Positions 44,113 to 53,752 of a DNA stretch of 64,000 nucleotides are shown here, piece by piece. Within the stretch, counting starts at the first letter, position 1. Each line of letters starts with the position of its first letter. The translations under genes and the position numbers were made by a program. The notes beneath the pieces are model-generated. The model made no database searches. It saw only the letters and a list, made by a program, of their open reading frames with translations, and was not told the DNA's origin. Source of the DNA: an uncultured delta proteobacterium (GTDB lineage Bacteria; Desulfobacterota; Binatia; Binatales; Binataceae); NCBI GenBank assembly GCA_963842085.1, contig CAWJET010000001.1:1664001-1728000 (forward strand). Direction: 5' to 3'.

Positions 44113-44958
44113 ATGACGACACCGCACAGCGCCATTAGTCCCGATCACGTTGACGGCGCGCTCAACTACCTCGCCGGCAAGGATCAGCATCCTGTAACCT
44201 ATACCTATCAACCGCCGCCGGGCGTTCCCGCGCGCTCCGGCGCATACACTAAGATCACCGTGCCGATTCACAGCGCCCGCGCGATTATGAGCGAGCTCTC
44301 TCTCGACCGGCAGGGGTTCGCGGTCACGCGTCAGAACACTGCCGTCGCGAATTTTTTCGATCCCGAAGAAGTTCGCCGGGTCTATTATCCCGAAGTCGAA
44401 CGGCTGGTACGGGAATTTACCGGCGCGGTCAAAGTGCACGTGTTCGACCATAACGTCCGGTCGCGCCCGATGGCCAAGCGCCGCGAGAATGGCGCGCAGG
44501 AGCCGGTCAAGGTCGCCCACAATGACTACACGCTCAGGTCCGGGCCGCAGCGCGTTCGCGATCTCCTGCCCGGCCAGGCCGACGCACTGCTCAAGAACCG
44601 TTTCGCGATAATCAACGTCTGGCGCCCGATTCGCGGACCCGTGCAGGAGTCGCCGCTGGCCGTGTGCGACGCTCAAAGCATGGTGCAAGACGACTTCGTC
44701 AAGCACGTGCTCAAGTACCGCGATCGCGACGGCGAGGTTTACTCCGTCGCATTCAGCCCGAATCATCGATGGTACTACATTCCGAATCAGCAAAAGGAAG
44801 AAGTACTATTGCTCAAGTGCTACGACTCCGACGGTCGCCGCGCACGCTTCACCGCGCACTCCGCCTTCGAGGATCCCACCAGCCCGCCTGACGCGGCGCC
44901 GCGCGAAAGTGTCGAGGTGCGGACTCTGGTCTTCTTCGCGCCCGAAGCCGCCGCCTGA
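44113..44958 (+). CDS. CmcJ/NvfI/AsaB-family oxidoreductase
   Basis: YYPEVE, HNDYT, INVWRPI, PLAVCD, HSAF, RESVEVR. Confidence 0.88.
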   Translation: MTTPHSAISPDHVDGALNYLAGKDQHPVTYTYQPPPGVPARSGAYTKITVPIHSARAIMSELSLDRQGFAVTRQNTAVANFFDPEEVRRVYYPEVERLVREFTGAVKVHVFDHNVRSRPMAKRRENGAQEPVKVAHNDYTLRSGPQRVRDLLPGQADALLKNRFAIINVWRPIRGPVQESPLAVCDAQSMVQDDFVKHVLKYRDRDGEVYSVAFSPNHRWYYIPNQQKEEVLLLKCYDSDGRRARFTAHSAFEDPTSPPDAAPRESVEVRTLVFFAPEAAA

Positions 44959-44980
44959 AGGCGCGTCGAAAGGAACGATC

Positions 44981-45922
44981 ATGGAATACCGCAAGCTTGG
45001 CAACTCGGGACTCAAGGTTTCAGCCGTCGGCCTCGGATGCAACAACTTCGGCATGCGATGCGACGCGGAACAGACGCGCGTCGTGGTACATAAGGCGCTC
45101 GACGAGGGCATCACGCTGTTCGACACGGCCGACATCTACGGCAATCGCGGCGGCTCCGAAGAGCTGCTCGGCAGGGCGCTCGGAGATCGCCGCCCCGAGG
45201 TTATCGTCGCCACCAAATTCGGCATGGCGATGGGCGACGGTCCCTACCTGCGCGGAGCGTCGCATCGCTACATCATGGCGGCCGCCGAGGCGAGCCTTAA
45301 ACGGCTGGGCACCGACTATATCGACCTGTATCAGATTCACCAGCCCGATCCCGAGACGCCTCAGCATGAAACGCTCGAAGCACTCAACGATCTCGTTCGC
45401 GCCGGCAAGGTCCGCTACATCGGACATAGCAACTTCGCCGCGTGGCAGGCTGTCGATGCGCACTGGATATCGCGCAGCCGCGGACTTGCCTCGTACGTCT
45501 CCGCGCAAAACCTGTACAACCTGCTCGACCGCCGCATCGAACGTGAGCTGATCCCCGCATGCCGCGAGTTCGGAGTAGGTATCCTGCCTTACTTTCCACT
45601 GGCTAGTGGATTTCTGACCGGCAAGTACAAGCGTGGCGCCGAGCCGCCAAAAGGCACGCGGCTCTCGCTGGTGCAGCGGATGGCGCAACAGGCGCTCACC
45701 GACGAAAACTTCGCGACGCTCGAACGGCTCGAGAAGTTCGCCAGCAGCCGCGAGCACACGATTCTCGAGCTGGCCGTCGGATGGCTCGCATCGCAGCCGC
45801 AAGTCTCAAGCGTAATCTCCGGCGCAACCAGTCCCGACCAGGTAACCCAGAACGTAAAAGCCGGCAATTGGAAGCTATCCGCCGAAGATCTCGCCGAAGT
45901 GGACAAACTAACCCGCCGCTAA
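44981..45922 (+). CDS. Aldo/keto reductase
   Basis: GLKVSAVGLG, DTADIYG, DYIDLYQIH, GKVRYIG, PLASGFLTGKY. Confidence 0.95.
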   Translation: MEYRKLGNSGLKVSAVGLGCNNFGMRCDAEQTRVVVHKALDEGITLFDTADIYGNRGGSEELLGRALGDRRPEVIVATKFGMAMGDGPYLRGASHRYIMAAAEASLKRLGTDYIDLYQIHQPDPETPQHETLEALNDLVRAGKVRYIGHSNFAAWQAVDAHWISRSRGLASYVSAQNLYNLLDRRIERELIPACREFGVGILPYFPLASGFLTGKYKRGAEPPKGTRLSLVQRMAQQALTDENFATLERLEKFASSREHTILELAVGWLASQPQVSSVISGATSPDQVTQNVKAGNWKLSAEDLAEVDKLTRR

Positions 45923-45991
45923 GCGCTCGGGGTAGCATGCCTTGGTCGGTGCACACCGCTCGCCGGATGCGACCTCCGGTGAAAGACAGTC

Positions 45992-46366
45992 CTAGGACAT
46001 CTGCTTGGTGTACATCGCCATGTCGAAGTAGTCGCGCCATGCGCTGATCTTCGAGCCGCTTACCTCGAACACGCCTGCCACCGGCAATGAGATCGTTTTG
46101 CCGTTGCCCAGATCGAAGACGTCGACACGCTCGTTGAAGACCACGTTGCCGGCACCGGCGCTTCTCAGCACTTTGAACTGAATCGACTTGGCCATCGGCA
46201 GAAACATGTTGATGACGGCGCGGATGGCCTCTTTGCCTTTGGCCGGCTCGAGCGGGATGTTGTGATAGACGGCGTCATCGGTGAAGAAGCCGAGCAGCTC
46301 GTCGATATTCTTGCGCGGCCATGCGTTGCAGAATTCGGTCACGATTTTTTCAGCATCGGTAGCCAT
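45992..46366 (-). CDS. Limonene-1,2-epoxide hydrolase family protein
   Basis: YHNIP, NERVD, WRDYFD. Confidence 0.9.
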   Translation of the reverse strand: MATDAEKIVTEFCNAWPRKNIDELLGFFTDDAVYHNIPLEPAKGKEAIRAVINMFLPMAKSIQFKVLRSAGAGNVVFNERVDVFDLGNGKTISLPVAGVFEVSGSKISAWRDYFDMAMYTKQMS

Positions 46367-46392
46367 GGCGATTTCTCCTGTGGCGCGAGCGC

Positions 46393-46881
46393 CTATTCAT
46401 TGTCGAGATAGAAACGGTCCTCGTCCTTGTTATAGCCGAACAGCTCGGCGTAACGCCCCCAGTTTACCAGCGTCTGAAATTGGCGCTCGGGCTTTTCGCT
46501 CGGCAGGAGCATCGCGAGGTGTTCGAGCACGATTTCCTTGTTGAGAGATTTGTCCTCGGCGCCGCGAAGCAGGCGGATGAAATAGCTGAAAAGGCCGTGT
46601 TTCCTCAATTGCTCGCGCAACATCAGCTTGCGTTCGTTGATCTTCGCGGCGAGAAATTGTTTTCCGAGCGGCTCGATCACCACGTCGCCGACCGGAGTTG
46701 AAACGAAGCCGAGGATTTCCCCGGCCTTCATCACCTTGAGCAGATCGCCGAATTTGAAATTGAGATCGCGCGCAATTTTGTAGCCGTCCTCGCGCCCGCC
46801 GCGGTCCTCGAGCAATTCGAGCAGGCCGAAGACCAGAGTCAGGCCGATATCGGGCAGCGGAGTGATGGACGCAGGAGGCAT
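46393..46881 (-). CDS. Stand-alone AAA-associated C-terminal domain of NitT/TauT ATPases
   Basis: GLLELL..RGGRED, VNWGRYAELFGY. Confidence 0.8.
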   Translation of the reverse strand: MPPASITPLPDIGLTLVFGLLELLEDRGGREDGYKIARDLNFKFGDLLKVMKAGEILGFVSTPVGDVVIEPLGKQFLAAKINERKLMLREQLRKHGLFSYFIRLLRGAEDKSLNKEIVLEHLAMLLPSEKPERQFQTLVNWGRYAELFGYNKDEDRFYLDNE

Positions 46882-47639
46882 CAGCCGCGCTCCTCGATCA
46901 GCGAAAAGACCTGGTCGGTGAGGGCGTTGAAAGTTTCACTGCGGCGGTCGCGCGGTCTTGGCAATTCGACCTTGAGATCCTTGACGACGCGTCCGGGACT
47001 CGAAGCCATCACGATGATCCGATCGGCCAGCTCGATAGCCTCCTCGATTATGTGAGTGACCAGCACGATATTCTTCACCGGCATGTCGGGCGACTGCCAG
47101 ATGTCGAGCATTTCTTCGCGCAGCGTGATCGCGGTCAGGGCGTCGAGCGCCGAGAACGGCTCGTCCATCAGGAGCACCTTGGGTTCGACGGCGAGCGCGC
47201 GCGCGAAACCGACGCGCTGCTTCATTCCGCCGGAGAGCTCGCGCGGGTACGCCTCTTCGAAGCCGTCGAGGCCGACCTTGTCGATGTAGATTCCGGCGCG
47301 CTTTTCGCGCTCAGCCACCGGCAATCCCTGCGCTTCGAGGCCGAGCTCGACGTTGGCCTTGACCGACAGCCACGGCAGCAGCGCGAACGACTGAAACACG
47401 AGCGCGCACTCGAGATTGATCCCATCGACCTGGCGGCCGCGGTACAGCACCTGTCCGGACGTCATCGGCACGATGCCGTTGATGATGCGCAGGAGGGTCG
47501 ACTTGCCGCATCCCGAGGGTCCGACGATCGCCACGAACTCGCCCTCCTCGACGTCGAAGGTGATGTCGTCGAGCACCTGCAGTGTGCCCTTGGCATGCGC
47601 GAAACTTTTCGAGATGTGCTTGAGCTCGAGGAAGGCCAT
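46881..47639 (-). CDS. NitT/TauT-family ABC ATP-binding protein
   Basis: GPSGCGKS, LSGGMKQR, LMDEPFSALD. Confidence 0.95.
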   Translation of the reverse strand: MAFLELKHISKSFAHAKGTLQVLDDITFDVEEGEFVAIVGPSGCGKSTLLRIINGIVPMTSGQVLYRGRQVDGINLECALVFQSFALLPWLSVKANVELGLEAQGLPVAEREKRAGIYIDKVGLDGFEEAYPRELSGGMKQRVGFARALAVEPKVLLMDEPFSALDALTAITLREEMLDIWQSPDMPVKNIVLVTHIIEEAIELADRIIVMASSPGRVVKDLKVELPRPRDRRSETFNALTDQVFSLIEERG

Positions 47640-47677
47640 GGGTCAGGTGAGTCCGAATCGCACATAGTAAGGACGCG

Positions 47678-49405
47678 TCAGTAGTCCAGCCTGTAGCGCT
47701 CCGTGGCCAGGTTGTACAAGGGCCGCCACATAAGCCGGTTCAACAGTAGCACCACCGCTATCATTGATAGGAGGCTCAGCAGGATCATCACGCCGTTGCC
47801 GGATTTGTAGGTGGCGGCGTCCAGCAGCGAGCCGATTCCGAGCACCTGGTAGGTCTGGTTTTTGTACACGAAATACTCCGACAGGATTAGGGCGTTCCAT
47901 CCTCCGCCCCAGGCCGTGATGCTGCCGGTGATCAGCGACGGCGTCACGGCCGGGAGAATCAGCTTGCGCCATCGCGCGAAGCGCGAGAGCCCGAACGCAC
48001 GCGCGGCTTCCTTCAAGTCCTCGGGCACCTGGTTGATTCCGGCGAGCAGGTTGAACAACAGATACCATTGCATGCCGGTGAGGATGAGCAGAATCGACGC
48101 AAGATTCATCCCGCCGGTAACCTCGATCACGAAGATTACGATGATCGGAAACAGCGCCGTCGCCGGCATCGAGCCGACAATTTCAGCGATCGGCGAGAGG
48201 ATTCGGTTGAAGCGGCCGTTCTCGCTGGCCGCCAGCGCGCACGGCACCGTCCATGCCAGCGAGATCACGTAGGCGATTGTCATGCGAATCGTGGAGAGGA
48301 CGATCGCCTCGGGAATTTGTCTCACGTCGGACGGCCACGGCTCCGATAGCGTTTTTGTCAACGCGACGAATCCCCTGAGCAATGCCCAAGCGGCGAAGAT
48401 CACGATCGCGCAGATCACCAGCGTCCGCACAACTTGGCCGACGCGCCGGCTTTGTTCGGGCGAGAGCTGTGGACCACGCGGTATCGCCTCCAGCGCGCTG
48501 GCGATCAGCCTCATGGGAGGCAACATGATCGAGCGTAGTGCGTGCGTGACGGCGGGTCCGACGCCCGCGAGTGCGTCGAACATCCCCAGCGATTGCGCCG
48601 CGCCGGAGGATGCCGCAAATTCGTACTTGAACTTTTCCGCCCAGGTCGAGAGCGGCTGCCACACGATCATGTCCATCGCCACGATGATCGCAAGCAGGGT
48701 CAGAAGGCCGGCGCCGAGATCGAAGGTGCGTCCGTTCTCGGCGGCCTCCCACAAAAAACTGCCCAGCCCCGGCAGCCGGTAGCTGGCGGGACCGACCGTG
48801 ATGATTTCGCATGCGATGAGGAAGTACCAGCCCGCGACCCACGACAGGATCGAGTTGTACACCAGCTTCGGCACGCTGGCCGGCAGCAGCAGGCGCTTGA
48901 ACCTGAGCCATCCGCGCCCGCCGAACGACTCGAGCGCATCCCTGGAGTCGTCCGGAATCGTCTTGACCGCTTCGTAAACGCCGAGCGCCATGTTCCACGC
49001 CTGGCTGGTGAAGATGAGAAAGACTGCCGCCATCTCGACGCCGAGGCGGCTGCCGTGCGCCAGCGCGACGAAGAAATAAACTGCGGCGGGAAAAAAGCCA
49101 ACCACCGGTACCGACTGCGCGATGTCGATGGCGGGAATCAGGATGCGCTCGTAGAGCCCGCCGCGCGCCGCCGCCATGCCGTAGATGATCGAAAAAATCA
49201 GCGCGATGACATACGCGGCGAGCATCCGGTAAAACGAGCAGAACGCGTAATATGGAAGATGCCGGGTCGAGACGGGGACGTAGTGCGGAATCAGATGCTC
49301 GGCATGGCTGCGATACGCGAAGAACAGCGCGATTATCGCCGCCAGCGCGAGAAACGAGAGCGAGCCGCTGATCAGACGGCGGGTGTTTATTTCGAACTTG
49401 AACAT
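47678..49405 (-). CDS. NitT/TauT-family ABC permease with duplicated TM domain
   Basis: QSVPVVGF, TSQAWNM, EAARAFG, AWGGGWNA. Confidence 0.9.
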   Translation of the reverse strand: MFKFEINTRRLISGSLSFLALAAIIALFFAYRSHAEHLIPHYVPVSTRHLPYYAFCSFYRMLAAYVIALIFSIIYGMAAARGGLYERILIPAIDIAQSVPVVGFFPAAVYFFVALAHGSRLGVEMAAVFLIFTSQAWNMALGVYEAVKTIPDDSRDALESFGGRGWLRFKRLLLPASVPKLVYNSILSWVAGWYFLIACEIITVGPASYRLPGLGSFLWEAAENGRTFDLGAGLLTLLAIIVAMDMIVWQPLSTWAEKFKYEFAASSGAAQSLGMFDALAGVGPAVTHALRSIMLPPMRLIASALEAIPRGPQLSPEQSRRVGQVVRTLVICAIVIFAAWALLRGFVALTKTLSEPWPSDVRQIPEAIVLSTIRMTIAYVISLAWTVPCALAASENGRFNRILSPIAEIVGSMPATALFPIIVIFVIEVTGGMNLASILLILTGMQWYLLFNLLAGINQVPEDLKEAARAFGLSRFARWRKLILPAVTPSLITGSITAWGGGWNALILSEYFVYKNQTYQVLGIGSLLDAATYKSGNGVMILLSLLSMIAVVLLLNRLMWRPLYNLATERYRLDY

Positions 49406-49551
49406 ATTCGCGTGATCCGAAACCCTCAGCATAGCCGCGCCCGCGCTTCGCTCAAGGGCAAATTGCATTTCGGACAAATTAATTTTCGGCGCGCCGGCGT
49501 TGACAACGCGCGCTCCCCGCAATAGCGAAAGCGCAAGAGCGAAAAACGATC

Positions 49552-51216
49552 ATGGCGGGCGCGGGAAAAATACCGGACGGCGAGTGGCGGCTCGACGATG
49601 AATCGAGCGAGCGCGCCGGGCAGCCGCGATTCACGCCGCCACCGCCGCAGCTCGCCGCCAACCTGAGCCACCAACGGCTGACGCGAGCGGTTTACGTCGT
49701 CACGGCGGAGCATCTCGCCTGGTACCTGGTCGCGGCGTATGCGCTCGTCACGCGCACGATAGCTCTGGGAGCGCGTCCGCTCGATGCGGCGCAGGGAACG
49801 GATGCGCTCGCGGCGTTGGTCATTGCGGCCCATGGCCGCCGCGCTTTCGCCTTGGCGGACGCCTCGTGGGTGACGATGCTCCAGGGCTGGATCTTCGCCG
49901 CGGCCGGCGCGACCGATGCCAACTCGCGGATCGTCGTGACGCTGTGCGGCCTGCTGATGCTCGCGACCGGCCTTGCGATGCGCCCGGCGCTGGGGCGCGC
50001 GGGCGCGATCGCCTTTGCCGCTTTGCTCGCGATTTCGCCGAGCGTGACTTATTTTTCGCGCGGCGGTTCGACGGTGATCGCCTCGCTGGCGTTCATGATG
50101 ATCGCGATCGCAATCGCAGAGAGCATGCGCCGGCGGCCGGGCGCGATGCGCGCGGCGTCGTTGGGTGTCGCGATCGCGCTGTGGCTCACGGCGGATCCGA
50201 TTGGCTACGTGACCGGCGTGGCGACGCTCGTGTCGCTGATTCTCGTCGGCGCGGCCGACGCTGTGCGGATCGATAATCGGCGCTTGCGCGTGCGCGTCTG
50301 GTGGGCGCGGCGCCGCGCGCTCGTGATGGTCTGCGCAATCGTCGCAAGCGGCCTTTGGCTCGTTCTGACGACGGCTTTTTTTCACCGTTCTCTGGTGGCA
50401 GCCGTCGAATACTATTTACAAGCTGCATTCGCTTCGCCGTCGATCGCCTTTCACCGCGCCGTTCACAGATTGATTCCGATGCTGGTGTTTTACGAATTCA
50501 CTATAGTAGCTCTCGCGATCGCCGGCACCGCGACGATCGTTTCGCGGCGTATCGGCGACCGCTTTGCGGTGTGGTCGGTGGTGTGGGCAATCGTCAGCAT
50601 CGCGATGCCGGCGTCGCTGAGCGCGAATCGACCCGAGGCGGTCGTCGCAATCGTTCTGCCGCTGGCCCTCGTCGGCTCTTACGCGATCGATTGGATGCAT
50701 CAGTCGGAACGATGGAACTCGATTCGTTACGCGGTCGCGGCGGCTGCCGTGCTCACGCTCTACCTTCAGCTTGCCACCAATTTTGTTCATCAAGCGCCCG
50801 ACACGAGTGAGGCGGCGTGGCGCAGGCATGCGTTGCTGTTCTGGTCCGAGCCGGCGACATCGATTCAGACGGTCAGGGAATGTGCTCGCGTACTAAGTGC
50901 GATTTCTCCGGCGGGCGCGAGCGCGGTGATTCCCGACGATGCGCCGCAGGTGCAATGGTACCTTCGCGACTTTGCGCTGACTGATTCGCCCGCGTCAGCG
51001 AGCGTCATCGTGACCCTCGGCAAGACCCAAAGCGGCGCGCTCGCGGGCAACCCTGACGCGCCGCAGTTTGGATTCGAGGAATGGTGGACGCCGGATTTCG
51101 GCGAGCTGACGATGGCACGCGCACTCCGCTATTTTTTCACGCAACGCGCGTGGAACGACGTCGAGATCCGCGACCTCGAGATCTCAATCCCGCGGTCTGA
51201 GAAACCGCCTTCGTGA
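49552..51216 (+). CDS. Polytopic membrane protein, GT-C/TIGR03663-like
   Basis: Many TM helices; LAISPSVTYFSR; QWYLRDF. The usual DE motif is not seen. Confidence 0.55.
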   Translation: MAGAGKIPDGEWRLDDESSERAGQPRFTPPPPQLAANLSHQRLTRAVYVVTAEHLAWYLVAAYALVTRTIALGARPLDAAQGTDALAALVIAAHGRRAFALADASWVTMLQGWIFAAAGATDANSRIVVTLCGLLMLATGLAMRPALGRAGAIAFAALLAISPSVTYFSRGGSTVIASLAFMMIAIAIAESMRRRPGAMRAASLGVAIALWLTADPIGYVTGVATLVSLILVGAADAVRIDNRRLRVRVWWARRRALVMVCAIVASGLWLVLTTAFFHRSLVAAVEYYLQAAFASPSIAFHRAVHRLIPMLVFYEFTIVALAIAGTATIVSRRIGDRFAVWSVVWAIVSIAMPASLSANRPEAVVAIVLPLALVGSYAIDWMHQSERWNSIRYAVAAAAVLTLYLQLATNFVHQAPDTSEAAWRRHALLFWSEPATSIQTVRECARVLSAISPAGASAVIPDDAPQVQWYLRDFALTDSPASASVIVTLGKTQSGALAGNPDAPQFGFEEWWTPDFGELTMARALRYFFTQRAWNDVEIRDLEISIPRSEKPPS

Positions 51217-51334
51217 ATTCTTGCGCGCCGACCGTGGCTTTGCGATAAACTGCACAGACCGCGCATCGCGCAACCCTTTTTCCCGTGTTCGTTGCCCGCG
51301 CGTACTCTGATCCCGTTCAATTCAAGGAGCGCCG

Positions 51335-52018
51335 ATGGACTCAGTGGTGAAATTCCTGCAACCCCTTGACCTGCATCCGGTCGCCGATCACTTCACGGTC
51401 GCGCTGCTGATCGTCGCGGTGCTGATCGATCTGGTCGCGAGCGCCGCCCCCAATCGCCTCTGGCTTCGCTACACCGCCCTGACGCTGATGGTTCTCGGGG
51501 CGCTCGCCGCGGGAGCTTCGTACGCGACGGGCGATATGGAAGCCGACCGCATCTGGAACGCGCTGGGACAGCCGGCCAAGGATGTTCTGAAGAGGCACGC
51601 GGAGCTGGGCGAGTACCTCGCGATTACGTTCGGCATCCTCGCGGTGTGGCGAATCCTGATTCAGTCGTTCGGCTTCATGGCGGGCTCGCGCGCGATCTAC
51701 CTGATCGTCGCGGTCGTCGCGGTTGTGACGCTGGGTTACTCGGCGCATCTCGGCGGTGAACTCGTGTACGATTACGGCGCCGGCACGGCGCTGATGGCGT
51801 CCGCTCCGGTTCCGTCGGAAGTCGCCAGCCCTGCGGCGGCGCCCAGTACCTCGGGACCGCTACCGACGGTGTCGGTGCCGACTCCCGAGGCAACGTCCAG
51901 CGCGCCGCCGGCGGTTCCCGCAGCGCCGGCATCGCCGATGGAATCGCCAAAGTCGGGCAGCATGCCGACTGCGATTCCTACCGCTCAGCCGTCAGCCATG
52001 TCGAGCGCAAGCATGTGA
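51335..52018 (+). CDS. DUF2231 membrane protein with Pro/Ser-rich tail
   Basis: HPVADHF, AHLGGELVYDYG; AAGGAG RBS. Confidence 0.85.
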   Translation: MDSVVKFLQPLDLHPVADHFTVALLIVAVLIDLVASAAPNRLWLRYTALTLMVLGALAAGASYATGDMEADRIWNALGQPAKDVLKRHAELGEYLAITFGILAVWRILIQSFGFMAGSRAIYLIVAVVAVVTLGYSAHLGGELVYDYGAGTALMASAPVPSEVASPAAAPSTSGPLPTVSVPTPEATSSAPPAVPAAPASPMESPKSGSMPTAIPTAQPSAMSSASM

Positions 52019-52316
52019 AGCGATCGAAGTTGGACGCACTCCTGAAAGCAATCCGCGACTTCAACGAGGTGCACTCAAAACAGAAGTAGGTGTCGAGTGC
52101 TGGACAGAACAGCAGCAGCCATCGAAAACGGAATCAAGGCTCGCCTGCACCTGGGCGCGCAGGTCTAGAGGGCGTCGCGATGCGCCCCGACACGCTGATG
52201 CTGTGGATGCCGTCGATCAAGCCGTTGAGCCGCGATTTTGCGATGTTGCACAGCCCTGTCGCGCTGCGGTAACTGTCGTTCAGAACGGAACACTCGTTTC
52301 CGCAATGGAGGCCGTC

Positions 52317-53549
52317 GTGGACAACAGGCTCGGTTTTGGCGTCTTTCTCGCTCCTCATCATCCGATCGGCGAACATCCGATGCTCCAGTTGGAGCGCGAT
52401 CTCGAACTCGCCACCCTGCTCGACGGCCTCGGTTACGACGAGTTCTGGGTCGGCGAGCATCATTCGGGCGGATGGGAAACTATCGCGTCGCCCGAAATGT
52501 TCCTGGCGGCGGCCGCACAGCGCACCCAGCGGATCAAGCTCGGCACCGGCGTGGTCTCGATCCCGTACCATCACCCGTTCACCGTCGCCCAGCGAATGGT
52601 GATGCTCGATATGCTGAGTCGTGGGCGCGCGATGCTCGGCGTCGGACCCGGAGCGCTGCCGTCGGACGCGTTCATGCTCGGCATCGATCCGATGACCCAG
52701 CGCGACCAGATGGACGAAGGGCTCGGCGTGATCATCCGGCTGCTGAACGAGCGCGAACCGATCACCGTCGATGGCTCGTGGTATCGCTTGCGCGATGCGG
52801 CGTTGCATCTGCGGCCGCTGCAGAAGCAGCTGCCGATAGCGGTCGCGTCGATGATCTCGCCGGCTGGGATGAAGGCCGCGGGCAAGTACGGCGTCGGCGT
52901 GCTGTCGGTCGCGTCGTACATGCAGGAGGGGCTGACCGCGCTCAAAACGCAGTGGAGCTTCGCCGAAAGTTCCGCCAAGGAACACGGCAAGCAGGTCGAT
53001 CGCGCAAACTGGCGCATCGTCATGCCGTTTCATCTGGCGGATTCGAAGGAGCAAGCCTGGCGCGAGGTCGCCGACGGGCTCAAGCGCTGGAACAACGAGT
53101 ACGTCGTCGGAATTCTCGGACGTCCCGACGGAAAAGATTTCGAAGACGGCTACCAGGCGGCCAAGTTCATGGACGAGTTCGGCGGCGGAATCTTCGGCAC
53201 GCCTGAAGACGCGCTCGAGAAGCTCGCCAAGTTGCAGGAGCTGTCGGGCGGCTTCGGCACAATCCTGAGTTTCGCGCACGACTGGGCGCCGCGCGAAAAA
53301 ATGTGGCGCAGCTACGAGCTGCTCGCGCGCTACGTGATGCCGCGATGCCAGGGCTTGCTCGATTCTATCGACGCGAGCGCCGCCCGCGTCACCGCCAAGA
53401 AGCAGACGCTGATGGCGGCCGCGACTGGCGCGATCATGAAAGCGATCAGCTCGGATAAGAACGCGGCCGAGGCGATGGCGAATACTGTGGCCGGCCCCTT
53501 CAAGATCGCGCCCGCACAAAGCGTCGAGACCGCTCGCCCCGGCAAGTGA
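52317..53549 (+). CDS. LLM flavin monooxygenase, limonene 1,2-monooxygenase (LimB)-like
   Basis: FGVFLAPHH, FWVGEHHSGGWETIASPE, GPGALPSDA, SYELLARYVMP. Confidence 0.9.
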   Translation: MDNRLGFGVFLAPHHPIGEHPMLQLERDLELATLLDGLGYDEFWVGEHHSGGWETIASPEMFLAAAAQRTQRIKLGTGVVSIPYHHPFTVAQRMVMLDMLSRGRAMLGVGPGALPSDAFMLGIDPMTQRDQMDEGLGVIIRLLNEREPITVDGSWYRLRDAALHLRPLQKQLPIAVASMISPAGMKAAGKYGVGVLSVASYMQEGLTALKTQWSFAESSAKEHGKQVDRANWRIVMPFHLADSKEQAWREVADGLKRWNNEYVVGILGRPDGKDFEDGYQAAKFMDEFGGGIFGTPEDALEKLAKLQELSGGFGTILSFAHDWAPREKMWRSYELLARYVMPRCQGLLDSIDASAARVTAKKQTLMAAATGAIMKAISSDKNAAEAMANTVAGPFKIAPAQSVETARPGK

Positions 53550-53570
53550 AAATCGCACTGATAAAAGAGA

Positions 53571-53649
53571 GCGTGTAACCCACGGCGGGTTTCACACCAC
53601 TCCGGGCGCATCGTTTCTTAATACTGAGTGCAGGGGGTCACCCCTGCCA
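53571..53649. repeat. Family A bipartite repeat (second hairpin inverted)
   Basis: GTGTAACCCACGGCGGGTTTCAC ... CTTAATACTGAGTGCAGGGGGTCACCCCTGCC. Confidence 0.7.
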
Positions 53650-53752
53650 ACCGTTGTCGCGTTGTGGAAACAACGCCGCGCGGCCTCTTGCGGGACCCGA
53701 TCCTCGCGGCAGACGATAGTGATGTGGCGCAGCATCGAGCCGCGCCGCGCCG

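Noticed and set aside
45992-53549. Limonene degradation cluster (epoxide hydrolase plus LimB-like monooxygenase)
   Set aside because: The genes are about 6 kb apart on opposite strands with unrelated genes between; both families are broad in substrate.
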